From positions 32,001-96,000 of the forward strand of contig JASGJN010000007.1 in assembly GCA_049840735.1 (NCBI GenBank): 64,000 nt of DNA, in the 5' to 3' direction. Positions 19,971 to 28,992 of the stretch are shown piece after piece. The notes beneath the pieces were generated by a model that saw only the letters and a program-made list of their open reading frames with translations, was not told where the DNA came from and searched no databases. A program made the position numbers and the translations under genes. Within the stretch, counting starts at the first letter, position 1; each line of letters opens with the position of its first letter. The DNA is from Anaeromyxobacter sp. GTDB lineage: Bacteria > Myxococcota > Myxococcia > Myxococcales > Anaeromyxobacteraceae.

Positions 19971-20540
19971 ATGGCGGAGCTCTGGCTGGTGAGGCACGGA
20001 GAGACGGAGTGGAGCCGCATCGGACGCCACACCGGGCGGAGCGACCCGGCCTTGACCGCGGAGGGTGAGGCGCAGGCACGCGCCCTGGCGCCGCTCCTGG
20101 AGGGGGTGGCCTTCGACGAGGTCTGGGTCAGCCCGCTGCGGCGCGCGCGCGACACCTGCCGGCTGGCCGGCTTCGGCGAGCGCGCCCGGGTCGAGCCGGC
20201 GCTGATGGAGTGGGACTACGGCGCGCTGGAGGGGCGCACGCGCGAGGAGGTGCGCCGCGAGCTGCCCGGCTGGACCATCTGGACCGGCCCCTGGCCCGGC
20301 GGCGAGACGCTGGCGGACGTGGCTGCGCGGGCGGGCCTGGTGGTGGAGCGCGCCCGCGCCACGTCAGGGCGCGTGCTCGCCTTCGCGCACGGCCACCTGA
20401 TCCGCGCCGTGGCGCTGCGCTGGGCGGGGCTGCCGCCGGAGGCGGGGGGCGCGCTGGCGCTCGACCCGGCGCGGCTGGTGGTGCTGGGCACCGAGCGCGA
20501 CGACGAGCCGGTGATCCGGCTCTGGAACGCGCGGCCCTGA
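19971..20540 (+). CDS. Histidine phosphatase family (phosphoglycerate mutase-like) protein
   Basis: LVRHGETEWS RHG motif, SPLRRARDT, EWDYG, FAHGH. Confidence 0.92.
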   Translation: MAELWLVRHGETEWSRIGRHTGRSDPALTAEGEAQARALAPLLEGVAFDEVWVSPLRRARDTCRLAGFGERARVEPALMEWDYGALEGRTREEVRRELPGWTIWTGPWPGGETLADVAARAGLVVERARATSGRVLAFAHGHLIRAVALRWAGLPPEAGGALALDPARLVVLGTERDDEPVIRLWNARP

Positions 20541-20766
20541 GGCGCAGGCCGGCGGGCTCCGGCCAGTCCAGGCGCGGCCGCTCCCGGGGAGCGCGCCCGG
20601 ACGTTCCGTCGTGTGGGAGATCGACCGCGGATGCAGGCGGGGCGGCCAGCGGGCCGGTTCCGCGCCGCCGCGGCCCTCGGTTCGGCTACGATGCCCGACC
20701 GTCATGACCATCGGCTCCGCCTCCCGGGCGTCAGCTCCCTCGCACCCCGGTCCCCGGGATCAGCGG

Positions 20767-21897
20767 ATGGCGCGCCTGCCCGCCGATCACCGCAACGTCC
20801 TGCCGGACCTCCGTCGCGCGGAGGGCGCCAGGCTGCAGCGGGAGATGGAGCTGGTCGGCGGGAGCCCCATCGTCGCCGCGGTCCTGGAGGTCTCGGACGC
20901 GATCCTCCTGGTCCTGAACGCCGAGCGCCAGATCGTGGCCTTCAACAGCCGCGTCCCCGGGGTCTCCCGGCGCGACCTGTGCGGCCTCCGACCGGGCGAG
21001 GCGCTCGACTGCGTCAACGCCGCCGGGCCGGGAGGCTGCGGGGCCGCGCCCGGCTGCGCCACCTGCGGCGCGCTGGGGGCCATCCTGGTGAGCCAGGGCA
21101 CGGGTCGCCCGGTCGAGGCGGAGTGCTCGATCCGCAGCCAGGACGCCACCGCCGCCCACGAGTTCAACGCCCGCGCCGCCCCGGTGGTCGTGGAGGGGCA
21201 CACGTTCACGGTCCTCTCGCTGCGCGACATCTCCGCGGAGAAGCGGCGCCAGGTGCTGGAGCAGATCTTCTTCCACGACGTGTTCAACACCGTCACCGCG
21301 CTGCGCAACTGGTCGGTGCTGCTGCAGCGCGCCCCGGACCCGCGCCGCCCCGCCGAGCGGCTGGAGGCGCTCTCCCGCCAGCTCGAGCGCGAGCTGCGCC
21401 ACCAGCGCGCGCTGAGCGAGGCCGAGCGCGGCACGCTCCAGCCGCAGTGGGAGGAGCTCTCCGCGGGGGAGGTGCTGGAGGAGGTGCGCGGGGCCTGCGC
21501 CGAGCACCCGCTGGCCCAGCAGCGCCCGCTCGACCTCGAGCCGCCGCCGGCCGGCCTCGCGCTGGTGAGCGATCGCTGCCTGCTGGCCCGGGTCCTCCTG
21601 AACGGGGTCGTGAACGCGCTGGAGGCCGCGCCGCCCGGCGGCCGGGTCTGGCTGCGCGCGCGCGCCGAGGACGGCGGCGCGGTGTTCGAGATCGGGAACG
21701 AGGGCGTCCTGGCGCCGGACGTCCGGGCGCGCATCTTCCAGCGCTCGTTCAGCACCAAGGCCGCGCGCGGGCGGGGGCTCGGGACCTACGCCATGAAGCT
21801 CCTCGGCGAGGCCTACCTGGGCGGGCGGGTCTCCTTCCTGTCCACGGCCGAGGCCGGGACGGTGTTCACGGTAGAGCTCCCGGGCCGGCCGGGCTGA
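20767..21897 (+). CDS. Cytoplasmic sensor histidine kinase with Cys-rich PAS-like input (start could be 20704)
   Basis: LRPGEALDC..GGCG...CATCG; H-box FFHDVFNT; N-box NGVVNALEA; FQRSFSTK, GRGLGTY. Confidence 0.85.
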   Translation: MARLPADHRNVLPDLRRAEGARLQREMELVGGSPIVAAVLEVSDAILLVLNAERQIVAFNSRVPGVSRRDLCGLRPGEALDCVNAAGPGGCGAAPGCATCGALGAILVSQGTGRPVEAECSIRSQDATAAHEFNARAAPVVVEGHTFTVLSLRDISAEKRRQVLEQIFFHDVFNTVTALRNWSVLLQRAPDPRRPAERLEALSRQLERELRHQRALSEAERGTLQPQWEELSAGEVLEEVRGACAEHPLAQQRPLDLEPPPAGLALVSDRCLLARVLLNGVVNALEAAPPGGRVWLRARAEDGGAVFEIGNEGVLAPDVRARIFQRSFSTKAARGRGLGTYAMKLLGEAYLGGRVSFLSTAEAGTVFTVELPGRPG

Positions 21898-21930
21898 GCG
21901 GGCGAGCGCGGATCGGGAGCGGCGCCCGGG

Positions 21931-22407
21931 TCAGATCGCCACCTCCACCAGCGTGGGCGAGAGCACCTTCACCAGCGCCGCCGGCGCGATCCCCACCAGG
22001 AAGCCGCGCGATCCCCCGTTCACGTAGGCGACCGGCAGCTCGAGGATGGAGCGCTCCAGGAACACCGGCAGCTCGCGCCGGGTGCCGAAGGGGCTGGTGC
22101 CGCCCACCAGGTACCCGGAGTGGCGGTTGGCCACCTCCGGCTTGCAGGGCGCGACGGAGCGCTTGCCGATGGCGCGGGCCAGCGCCTTGGTGGAGACCTC
22201 GCGGTCGCCGTGCATCAGCACCAGCAGCGGCGCGCGGTCCTCGTCCTCCATGACCAGCGTCTTCACCACCGCGTGCTCGTCCACGCCCAGCTCGCGGGCC
22301 GAGACGGCCGTGCCGCCGCGCTCCTCGTAGCGGTAGAGGTGCTCGGTGTAGGGGACGCCGCGCTCGCGCAGCAGCCGGGTGGCGTTGGTGGACGGGACCT
22401 TGCTCAT
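21931..22407 (-). CDS. ybaK: Cys-tRNA(Pro) deacylase
   Basis: STNATRLL, VVKTLVM, SGYLVGGTSPFG, NGGSRG. Confidence 0.92.
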   Translation of the reverse strand: MSKVPSTNATRLLRERGVPYTEHLYRYEERGGTAVSARELGVDEHAVVKTLVMEDEDRAPLLVLMHGDREVSTKALARAIGKRSVAPCKPEVANRHSGYLVGGTSPFGTRRELPVFLERSILELPVAYVNGGSRGFLVGIAPAALVKVLSPTLVEVAI

Positions 22408-22442
22408 GACCGGCGCAGGATAGGCGGCCTCGCGCCGGCGGG

Positions 22443-23831
22443 CTACCCCGAGGCGCGCTCCACCAGCTCCAGGGCGCAGTCCAGCTCCACCGCGAAGCGG
22501 CCGCGGCGGACCGGGGCCAGCCGGACCTCGGGGCACTTCTCCTCCAGCCGCCGGCGCAGCAGGATCAGCCGCGACTCCAGGTTGTCCTTGACCGGCGGGA
22601 GCCCCAGCGCCGGGTCGAGCCGCAGCTCGCGGTTGGTGAACTCGGTCCGCCCCTCGCGCCGGTGGGCGGTCAGCACCTTCCAGAGGATCTTCCCGGGCAC
22701 GTTGCGGATCAGGTACTCGCCGTCCACGAAGACGCAGTCGTCGTTCCGGTAGTAGGTGAGGGTGCGGACCCGCCGGTCCGGGCCGTGGGCCGGCGCGGGC
22801 GGCTCCTCCGGCTCCTCGTCGGCCTGCATCCGGTCCATGCCCATGGCGATCTGGTTCGCGATGATCTGGAGGAAGGCCTCGTCCCACTCGTCGAACTTGA
22901 GCGGGTCGCGGCTCTCCACCGCCAGGACCCCCACCAGCCGGTCGCCCAGCAGGAGCGGCAGCGCCAGCTGCGCCTGGGCGTCGGGCAGGCCGGGGAGGGG
23001 GATCTCCGGGGAGAGCGCGCGCGGCTGGCCCTGCTCGGCCGCCACCTCCGCCAGGCGGCCGCGGATGGCGCGGCCGTAGCGCAGCTCCTCCGCCACCCCG
23101 GCCACCCGCACCATGCGTCGGCGCGCCGCCGCGGTGCCGATGATGCCGGCGCCCACCTCGACCTCGGCGCCCAGCCCGCCCGCGCCGTAGCCGCGGCTGG
23201 CCAGCGCGTAGAGCCGCCCGCCGGCCTCGTCCGGCACCAGCACCATGGCGTGCGAGAACCCCAGCAGCTCGTCCAGCGCCTCCAGCGCGCCGGCCAGGAG
23301 CCCGTCCAGATCCCGGGCGCGGGCGATCCGCTCGGAGACCACCTGCAGGCTGCGCAGCTCGGTGAGCGGGCCGGCCGGGAGGGCGGCGGCGGGGGAGGCG
23401 TCGAGCAGCGGATCCGGCGGGAGCAGGAACCCGTCCACCCGCTCCACCTCCAGCACCTCGTAGACGTCGGCGGAGAGCAGCCGGAAGACGCCCGCCATCC
23501 CGGTGTGCGAGGCGATGGAGTCGATGCGCGCCCGGAGCGTCTCGAACAGCGCCCCCTCGGTCTCGGCGTGGTCGTAGCGGAGCCGCAGCCGGTAGGCCTC
23601 GAAGGTGAGCGGATCGTGGAGCCAGAGCGAGGCGAGCGGGTTCTCCAGCACGTTCCGCTTGGTCTTGTTGAAGAACTGGCAGGAGAGCGCCACGCGGCGC
23701 GGGTCCACCCGGAACACCTGCGACAGGTAGGTGACGTTGGGCTCGCCCGCGGCGTCGCAGGTGGCCAGGATGGCGGGCATCACGCCCTGGAAGCAGGCCG
23801 CGTCGAGCGCCTGCAGCGTGGCGCCGCTCAC
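22443..23831 (-). CDS. Putative transcriptional regulator: PNPOx-like FMN split-barrel + GAF + C-terminal winged helix
   Basis: ATCDAAGEPNVTYLSQV..VALSCQFFNKTKRNVLENP (split barrel); ASRGY..GIIGTAA..LPLLLGDRLVGVLAVES (GAF); LWKVL..FTNREL..NLESRLILLRRRL (wHTH). Confidence 0.8.
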   Translation of the reverse strand: MSGATLQALDAACFQGVMPAILATCDAAGEPNVTYLSQVFRVDPRRVALSCQFFNKTKRNVLENPLASLWLHDPLTFEAYRLRLRYDHAETEGALFETLRARIDSIASHTGMAGVFRLLSADVYEVLEVERVDGFLLPPDPLLDASPAAALPAGPLTELRSLQVVSERIARARDLDGLLAGALEALDELLGFSHAMVLVPDEAGGRLYALASRGYGAGGLGAEVEVGAGIIGTAAARRRMVRVAGVAEELRYGRAIRGRLAEVAAEQGQPRALSPEIPLPGLPDAQAQLALPLLLGDRLVGVLAVESRDPLKFDEWDEAFLQIIANQIAMGMDRMQADEEPEEPPAPAHGPDRRVRTLTYYRNDDCVFVDGEYLIRNVPGKILWKVLTAHRREGRTEFTNRELRLDPALGLPPVKDNLESRLILLRRRLEEKCPEVRLAPVRRGRFAVELDCALELVERASG

Positions 23832-24304
23832 GGCCGATCCTCGCGCACGCGGAGCGGCTGGCCGGCGCCCGGCCCCGGCGTCTGCACGAACAGCCCCTCC
23901 ACCCGCAGCCGCGCCGCGTGGCAGGGCCAGTGGGCCATCCGGAGCGTGACGCGCGGGGGGACGCCCACCTCGCCCACCATCTGCGACCAGGCGCAGCGGA
24001 AGCGGTCCACCTCGGCGCGGTCCTCCGGCGCGGCCGGGCCGAGCGCGACCACCCGGCCCTTCACCTGGACGCTCTTGTGGTCCATGGTCCGCGAGAACGT
24101 GACCGCGACGCGGCCGTTGTCCCGCAGGTCGTCCAGCAGCCGGGTCGAGACCGCGTCGGGGAGGAAGACGGTCAGCTCGGCGCCGCCCGCCTCCACCCGC
24201 GCGCCCATGCCGCGCATGCACTCGGGAAAGAGGCGGGCGTCGCGGGTCCCGACGAGGATCGAGACCCCCGACTCGATGAAGGCAGCCAGCTCGGGCGAGA
24301 TCAT
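23828..24304 (-). CDS. Pyridoxamine 5'-phosphate oxidase-like FMN-binding split-barrel protein
   Basis: VGTRDARLFPECMR, DLRDNGRVAVTF, SVQVKG, FVQTPGPGAG; GTGA overlap with the downstream gene. Confidence 0.8.
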   Translation of the reverse strand: MISPELAAFIESGVSILVGTRDARLFPECMRGMGARVEAGGAELTVFLPDAVSTRLLDDLRDNGRVAVTFSRTMDHKSVQVKGRVVALGPAAPEDRAEVDRFRCAWSQMVGEVGVPPRVTLRMAHWPCHAARLRVEGLFVQTPGPGAGQPLRVREDRP

Positions 24305-24430
24305 GGGCCCAGCCTACATAGGCCAGGTCCTGGAATCTCGCCTGGTCCCGGACGGTACTGCGGCGGGCCTGTAGCCTGAGGCCTGAAGCCCCACCGGCCT
24401 GGCCGCCCCCACGCCTGCGCCGCCCGCGGA

Positions 24431-25099
24431 TCAGAACCCGCCCGCGGCCGCGGTCTCCGCCCAGGCGGCCGGCCCCAGCGCGGCCCGGGCCGGGGCGACG
24501 ATGGTCTCGAAGACCGGCGCCGGGAGCTTGCGCGCCATCCCGGAGAGCATCCCGGCCCGCTCGGGCAGGCTGAGGGCGGGGATCATGATGGCGCTCCAGT
24601 CGGCCATGCGGGCCGGCGGGATGGAGGCCAGGATGCGCCCGTGGAGCGCGCCCAGCTCCTCGTCGCTCCGGTGCGCGTGGAAGGCGCGGGTGGCCTCGCC
24701 CTCCTCGCGATCCATGTGGCGGAGGTGCTCGGCGGTGAGGCGCGAGAGCCGCTCCTGCAGCCGGCGCCCCAGCGCCACCCGCTCGGCCTCGCCGGCCGTG
24801 GCCAGCCGGTCGAGGAGCCCGTGCAACTCGCGGTGCAGCCCGTCCACGCGGGCGTGCTCGCCCTGCAGATCGGCGTGCACCTCCGGCGCGAGGCGCTGCA
24901 GCTCGGGCATGAGGACGGCGTCCTCCTTCTCGGCGTGCTCCTCCAGGAAGGCCAGGAGCCGCGCCACCCGCGCCGCCGCCGCCGCCGCCTCGCCGGCGCG
25001 GGCGAAGTCGGTGCGGCCTGCCCAGGTGGCCGCCTCGAACAGCTGGGCGCGGATCCCCTTGTGGACGGCGGTGTACAGGTCGAAGCGCTCGGTCGTCAT
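24431..25099 (-). CDS. Hemerythrin-like (HHE) di-iron protein
   Basis: HKGIR, HAEKED, EHARV, HMDREE ligand pattern; GGAGGAG RBS. Confidence 0.88.
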   Translation of the reverse strand: MTTERFDLYTAVHKGIRAQLFEAATWAGRTDFARAGEAAAAAARVARLLAFLEEHAEKEDAVLMPELQRLAPEVHADLQGEHARVDGLHRELHGLLDRLATAGEAERVALGRRLQERLSRLTAEHLRHMDREEGEATRAFHAHRSDEELGALHGRILASIPPARMADWSAIMIPALSLPERAGMLSGMARKLPAPVFETIVAPARAALGPAAWAETAAAGGF

Positions 25100-25175
25100 G
25101 TCTGCTCCTCCGGTGGCGCCGTGCGGCGCCGAACGTGTGATGGGAGGAGTCTGGCCGCGCGCGGCCCGATCCGTT

Positions 25176-25213
25176 CCTCAATGAACCCTATGCGGTTCCT
25201 AAAAGCTGCCTAA
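25176..25213 (-). promoter_or_regulatory. Four direct repeats in 11-bp phase upstream of the hemerythrin gene (putative operator)
   Basis: CCTCA 25176, CCTAT 25187, CCTAA 25198, CCTAA 25209 in an AT-richer patch. Confidence 0.55.
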
Positions 25214-25320
25214 GTGCGGGGCCTCACAGGTGAGGCCGCCCAAGGCTGGCTGCCGCGTCCCCGTCCGGGACCTCTGCCCGGGCCCGATCCGGGTCACACT
25301 CGCACCCCGGACGGTCAAAT

Positions 25321-25368
25321 CCGTTCCGCCTGAGCGTAGTGCCGCGGAGCGGCCCGGAGTCGAAGGCC
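25321..25368 (+). repeat. REP-like palindrome
   Basis: CCGTTCCGCCTGAGCGTAGT-GCCGCGGAGCGGC-CCGGAGTCGAAGGCC. Confidence 0.75.
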
Positions 25369-25394
25369 AGGGACCGGCGAGGAGGAGAGACAGA

Positions 25395-25748
25395 ATGGAC
25401 ACGAGACGCGAGCGCCACCCGGCGCTGGCCTTCCTGCTGCGGCTGGTGGTGTCGGCGGCCGTCCTGTGGCTCGCCGTGGGCTGGGTCACCCCCGGCAACC
25501 CGGCCAACACCTTCGAGCGGGCGGTGCTGGTCTCGCTGGTGCTCTCGGTCGCCTACTACCTGACGCTGGTGCGGTTCCTCTGGTTCCTGCTCCTGCCCTG
25601 GCTCCTCTACGCGCTCATCTGGGTGAGCGTGGTGCGGATCGCCTACGGGCTGGGCTTCGGGCGGGCCCTGCTGCTCGGCCTGGCGCTCACGTTCCTGTCC
25701 TGGCTGGTCCAGCTGCTGACCGGCGTGAGGACGCTGCGCAACGACTGA
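25395..25748 (+). CDS. Small multi-pass membrane protein
   Basis: GAGGAGGAG RBS + ATG; about four hydrophobic helices. Confidence 0.75.
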   Translation: MDTRRERHPALAFLLRLVVSAAVLWLAVGWVTPGNPANTFERAVLVSLVLSVAYYLTLVRFLWFLLLPWLLYALIWVSVVRIAYGLGFGRALLLGLALTFLSWLVQLLTGVRTLRND

Positions 25749-25854
25749 CACGCCGCGGCGGAGCCGCGAGCGGGAGGGGCTCGCCGCACTGCGGCGGGCG
25801 AATGAGGGGGCGTGACCGGGGCGCCGCGCCGGGACCGGCATTACCACTGCTGGC

Positions 25855-26763
25855 GTGAAGACCGAGACGCTCGAGCTCGCCGCCCGCGACGGATACCGGC
25901 TCGCGGCCACCCTGCACGATCCCGGACAGCCGCCGGACGGCGCGGTGCTGATCGCCCCGGCCATGGGCGTGCCGCGCCGCCATTACCAGCCGTTCGCCGC
26001 CCACCTGGCGCGCTCCGGCCTGGCCGCGCTCACGGTGGACGTGCGCGGCATCGGCGGCTCGGCGCCGGAGCGGCTGCGCGGCTTCCCCGCCACGCTGCAC
26101 GGCTGGGGAGAGCAGGACCTGGGCGGCGCGCTCGATCACCTGGAGGCGCGCTACCCCGGCGTCCCGCTGCTCTGGGTCGGCCACAGCGCCGGCGGCCAGC
26201 TGCTGGGGCTGGTGGAGTCGCCGCGGGTGGCGGCCGCGCTGCTGGTGGCGGCGCAGAGCGGCCACTGGCGGCTCTGGCCGGACCTGCGCTCCCGCCTGCT
26301 GATGGCCGGCCTCTGGTGGCTGGTCATCCCGCTGCTGGTGCCGGTGCTCGGCCGCCTGCCGCTGCGCCTGCTGGGCGGCGGCGAGGACGTGCCGGCCGGC
26401 GTGGCGCTGGAGTGGGCGCGCTGGGGGCGCGATCGTCGCTACATCCTGGCCCACGCCGGGCCGCGGGGCGGGATGGGGTTCGCGCAGCACCGCGGGCCCC
26501 TGCGCAGCTACGCCGTCTCGGACGACGCCTACGCGCCGCCCGCCACGGTCGAGGCGCTGGCGGCGCTGTTCCAGGAGGCCCGGGTCGAGGTGCGCCACGT
26601 CACGCCGCAGGAGGCCGGGGTGGAGCGGATCGGCCACTTCGGCTTCTTCCGGCCGCGCTTCGAGCCCACGCTCTGGGCCGAGGCGGTGGCCTGGCTCCGC
26701 CACGCGGCGCTGACCTCCGGCGCCCCCGCCGGCCGGTCCGGCTCGCGGACCGCGCCGCGCTGA
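25855..26763 (+). CDS. Alpha/beta hydrolase
   Basis: DGYRLAAT, PAMGV, DVRGIGGS, nucleophile elbow GHSAGG, DDAYAP, IGHFGFF. Confidence 0.9.
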   Translation: MKTETLELAARDGYRLAATLHDPGQPPDGAVLIAPAMGVPRRHYQPFAAHLARSGLAALTVDVRGIGGSAPERLRGFPATLHGWGEQDLGGALDHLEARYPGVPLLWVGHSAGGQLLGLVESPRVAAALLVAAQSGHWRLWPDLRSRLLMAGLWWLVIPLLVPVLGRLPLRLLGGGEDVPAGVALEWARWGRDRRYILAHAGPRGGMGFAQHRGPLRSYAVSDDAYAPPATVEALAALFQEARVEVRHVTPQEAGVERIGHFGFFRPRFEPTLWAEAVAWLRHAALTSGAPAGRSGSRTAPR

Positions 26764-26790
26764 GGGTCGTTCACGCCCCAGGGCCGGTAT

Positions 26791-26844
26791 CCGTTCGCCC
26801 TGAGCGTAGCCGCCAGCCGCAGGCTGGCGGTGGAGTCGAAGGGC
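26791..26844 (+). repeat. REP-like palindrome between convergent genes
   Basis: CCGTTCGCCCTGAGCGTAG-CCGCCAGCCGCAGGCTGGCGG-TGGAGTCGAAGGGC. Confidence 0.8.
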
Positions 26845-26854
26845 AGGGTCTCGC

Positions 26855-27409
26855 TCACGCCCCCGGCTGCGCGGCGTCGCCGGCCGCGGCGCGCGTCCCC
26901 TGCGGGAGGCGCCGCAGGATGGCGGCCGAGAAGGCCTCCAGATCGTCGGGCCGGCGCGAGGTGATGATGTTCTCGTCCTCCACCACCTGCCGGTCCACCC
27001 AGCGCGCCCCGGCGTTGATGAGGTCGGTCTTGAGCGAGGGCCAGGACGTCACCACGCGGCCGTCCAGCGCGTCGGCCTCCACCAGCATCCACGGTCCGTG
27101 ACACACGGCGGCCACCGGCTTGCCGGCGATGAAGGCGTTCCGCACCAGCCGGACCATGTCGATGTCGGTGCGGAGCCGGTCCGGCGAGTAGCCGCCCGGG
27201 ACCACCACCGCGTCGAAGTCCTCGCCCCGGACGTCCCGGGCGGCCAGGTCGGTGGTGAAGGCCTCCTGCTTCTTCTTGCCCTCGATCCGCTTGCCGCGCT
27301 CCAGCCCCACCAGCACCACCTCGTGGCCGGCCTCCTTCAGCCGGTCCCAGGGGACCCGGAGCTCGGAGTCCTCGAACAGGTCATCCGCGACGAATGCCAC
27401 CCGTGCCAT
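26855..27409 (-). CDS. pfpI: DJ-1/PfpI family (type 1 glutamine amidotransferase-like) protein
   Basis: FEDSEL, VVPGGYSPDRLR, AAVCHGPW, NAGARWVD, ITSRRPDDL. Confidence 0.92.
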   Translation of the reverse strand: MARVAFVADDLFEDSELRVPWDRLKEAGHEVVLVGLERGKRIEGKKKQEAFTTDLAARDVRGEDFDAVVVPGGYSPDRLRTDIDMVRLVRNAFIAGKPVAAVCHGPWMLVEADALDGRVVTSWPSLKTDLINAGARWVDRQVVEDENIITSRRPDDLEAFSAAILRRLPQGTRAAAGDAAQPGA

Positions 27410-27791
27410 CGTGTGCGCCCTCCCGCAGCGCACACGTTCGGCACCCCGCCGCCGCGTGCCAACCGGTGCCACGCGAGAAAGCCGCGGGACTCCGGTGGGC
27501 CCTCGCCGGGCGCGCGGGCGGGGCCGGCCCCGTTCGTCCTGGCCTGGCCCCGCCTACCCCTCGCCGACGCTCCCCGGGTCCCCGCCGCTGCCGCCCGCCT
27601 CGCTGCCGTCCCCCTGGCCGCTCGACCCGCCGGCGCTGCCGGTCGGGCCGGACGCCGCCCCCGGCGTCGGTCTTCACCCTGGGGGCGGCCCCCCGCGCGT
27701 GCACGCCGCTGGGCGGGCAGGGGGGCCGGGCCCCGCCCGGCGCAGGGGAGCCTTGACCGGCAGGCGGGCGCGTGCGAGCGATGGGACGCCC

Positions 27792-28986
27792 ATGCGGACC
27801 GAGAACCTGGCGGTGATGCTCACCGACATGAAGGGCTTCACGGCCGCGACCAGCCGCCAGACGCGGGCCGAGAACGCCCGCATGCTGGCGCTGCAGGACC
27901 TGCTGCTCTTGCCGGTGGTGCGCGCCTTCGGCGGCGTCCGGGTCAAGACCATCGGCGACGCCTACCTGGTCCTGTTCTCCTCCCCCACCGCCGGCCTGCT
28001 GTGCGGGATGGCGCTGCAGGATCGGCTCTGGGACTACAACCGCCAGGCGCCCGAGCCCGAGCGGATCGAGGTCCGGGTGGTGCTGTCGCTGGGCGAGGTG
28101 CGGCTGGAGGGGCCGCCCGAACGCCCCACCGACGTCTTCGGCGAGGCCGTCAACCTGGCCTCGCGCGTCGAGGGCGAGGCGGAGGCGGGGGAGATTCTGG
28201 TTCACCGAGGCGGTGCGGCTGGTCGCCGACGGTGAGGAGGTGCCGGCCGACGAGCTGGGGCTGCGGCCGCTGAAGGGCTTCCCGGAGCCGGTCGAGCTCT
28301 TCCGCGTGGCCCGCACCGGGAGCGGCGTCGAGGAGCCGCCCTACGGCGGCCGGGCGCTGGCGCGGGTGGCCGGGCTGGCCCGGCCCGATCCCGCCCGGCT
28401 GGCGAGGTCGGTGCGGCGGCGGGAGCGGGCGCTGTACCGCGGCCTGGCCGCGCTGCGGGGCGGGAAGGCCCTGGCGGCGCTGGCGCTGGTGGGCCTCCTG
28501 GCCTTCGGCGGCTGGTTCTGGTGGGCCGGGCTGTGGAAGGACCCCGAGCGGCTGGCGGCGGAGGGGCGCTTCGAGCGGGCGCGGCAGGCCATCGAGGCGC
28601 GCGCCGCGCGGCTGGGGCCGGAGTCGCCGCGCATCCTGTACCTGCGCGCGCGGCTGGAGGCGGCCCGCGCCGACGCCGACGCGGGCGGCAAGCTGGACGA
28701 GGCCTTCAAGCTCTGGTCGCGGGCGCTGGCCAAGGGCAGCCGCGAGGCGCGCGCCGCGCTGGCCTCCGAGGCCGCCTCGGCCTCCTGCCAGCGCCGGCTG
28801 CTGGCGGCCCGGGCCCTTGTGGACGCGCACACGCAGCTGGCCCGCGAGCCGCTGGAGGCGCTGGCGCGCGCCGAGCCCGCCGAGCAGCGCAGCTCGCTCT
28901 TCGCCGCGGCCGGCAATCGCTGCGGGGCCGGCGACGTGGCGCGCGAGGGGCTGGCCGAGCTGGAGGGGGCCGGGCAGCTGCCGTGA
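27792..28986 (+). CDS. Class III adenylate/guanylate cyclase domain + TM + helical C-terminal domain; apparent +1 frameshift at ~28195
   Basis: MLTDMKGFT, KTIGDAY, DVFGEAVNLASRVE; removing one T in GAGATTCTGG continues EIWFTEAV..LKGFPEPVELFRV. Confidence 0.85.
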
Positions 28987-28992
28987 GGTCGC

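Noticed and set aside
27456..27472. Sigma-54-like TGGCAC motif upstream of pfpI
   Set aside because: GG-to-GC spacing is one base short of the strict -24/-12 requirement
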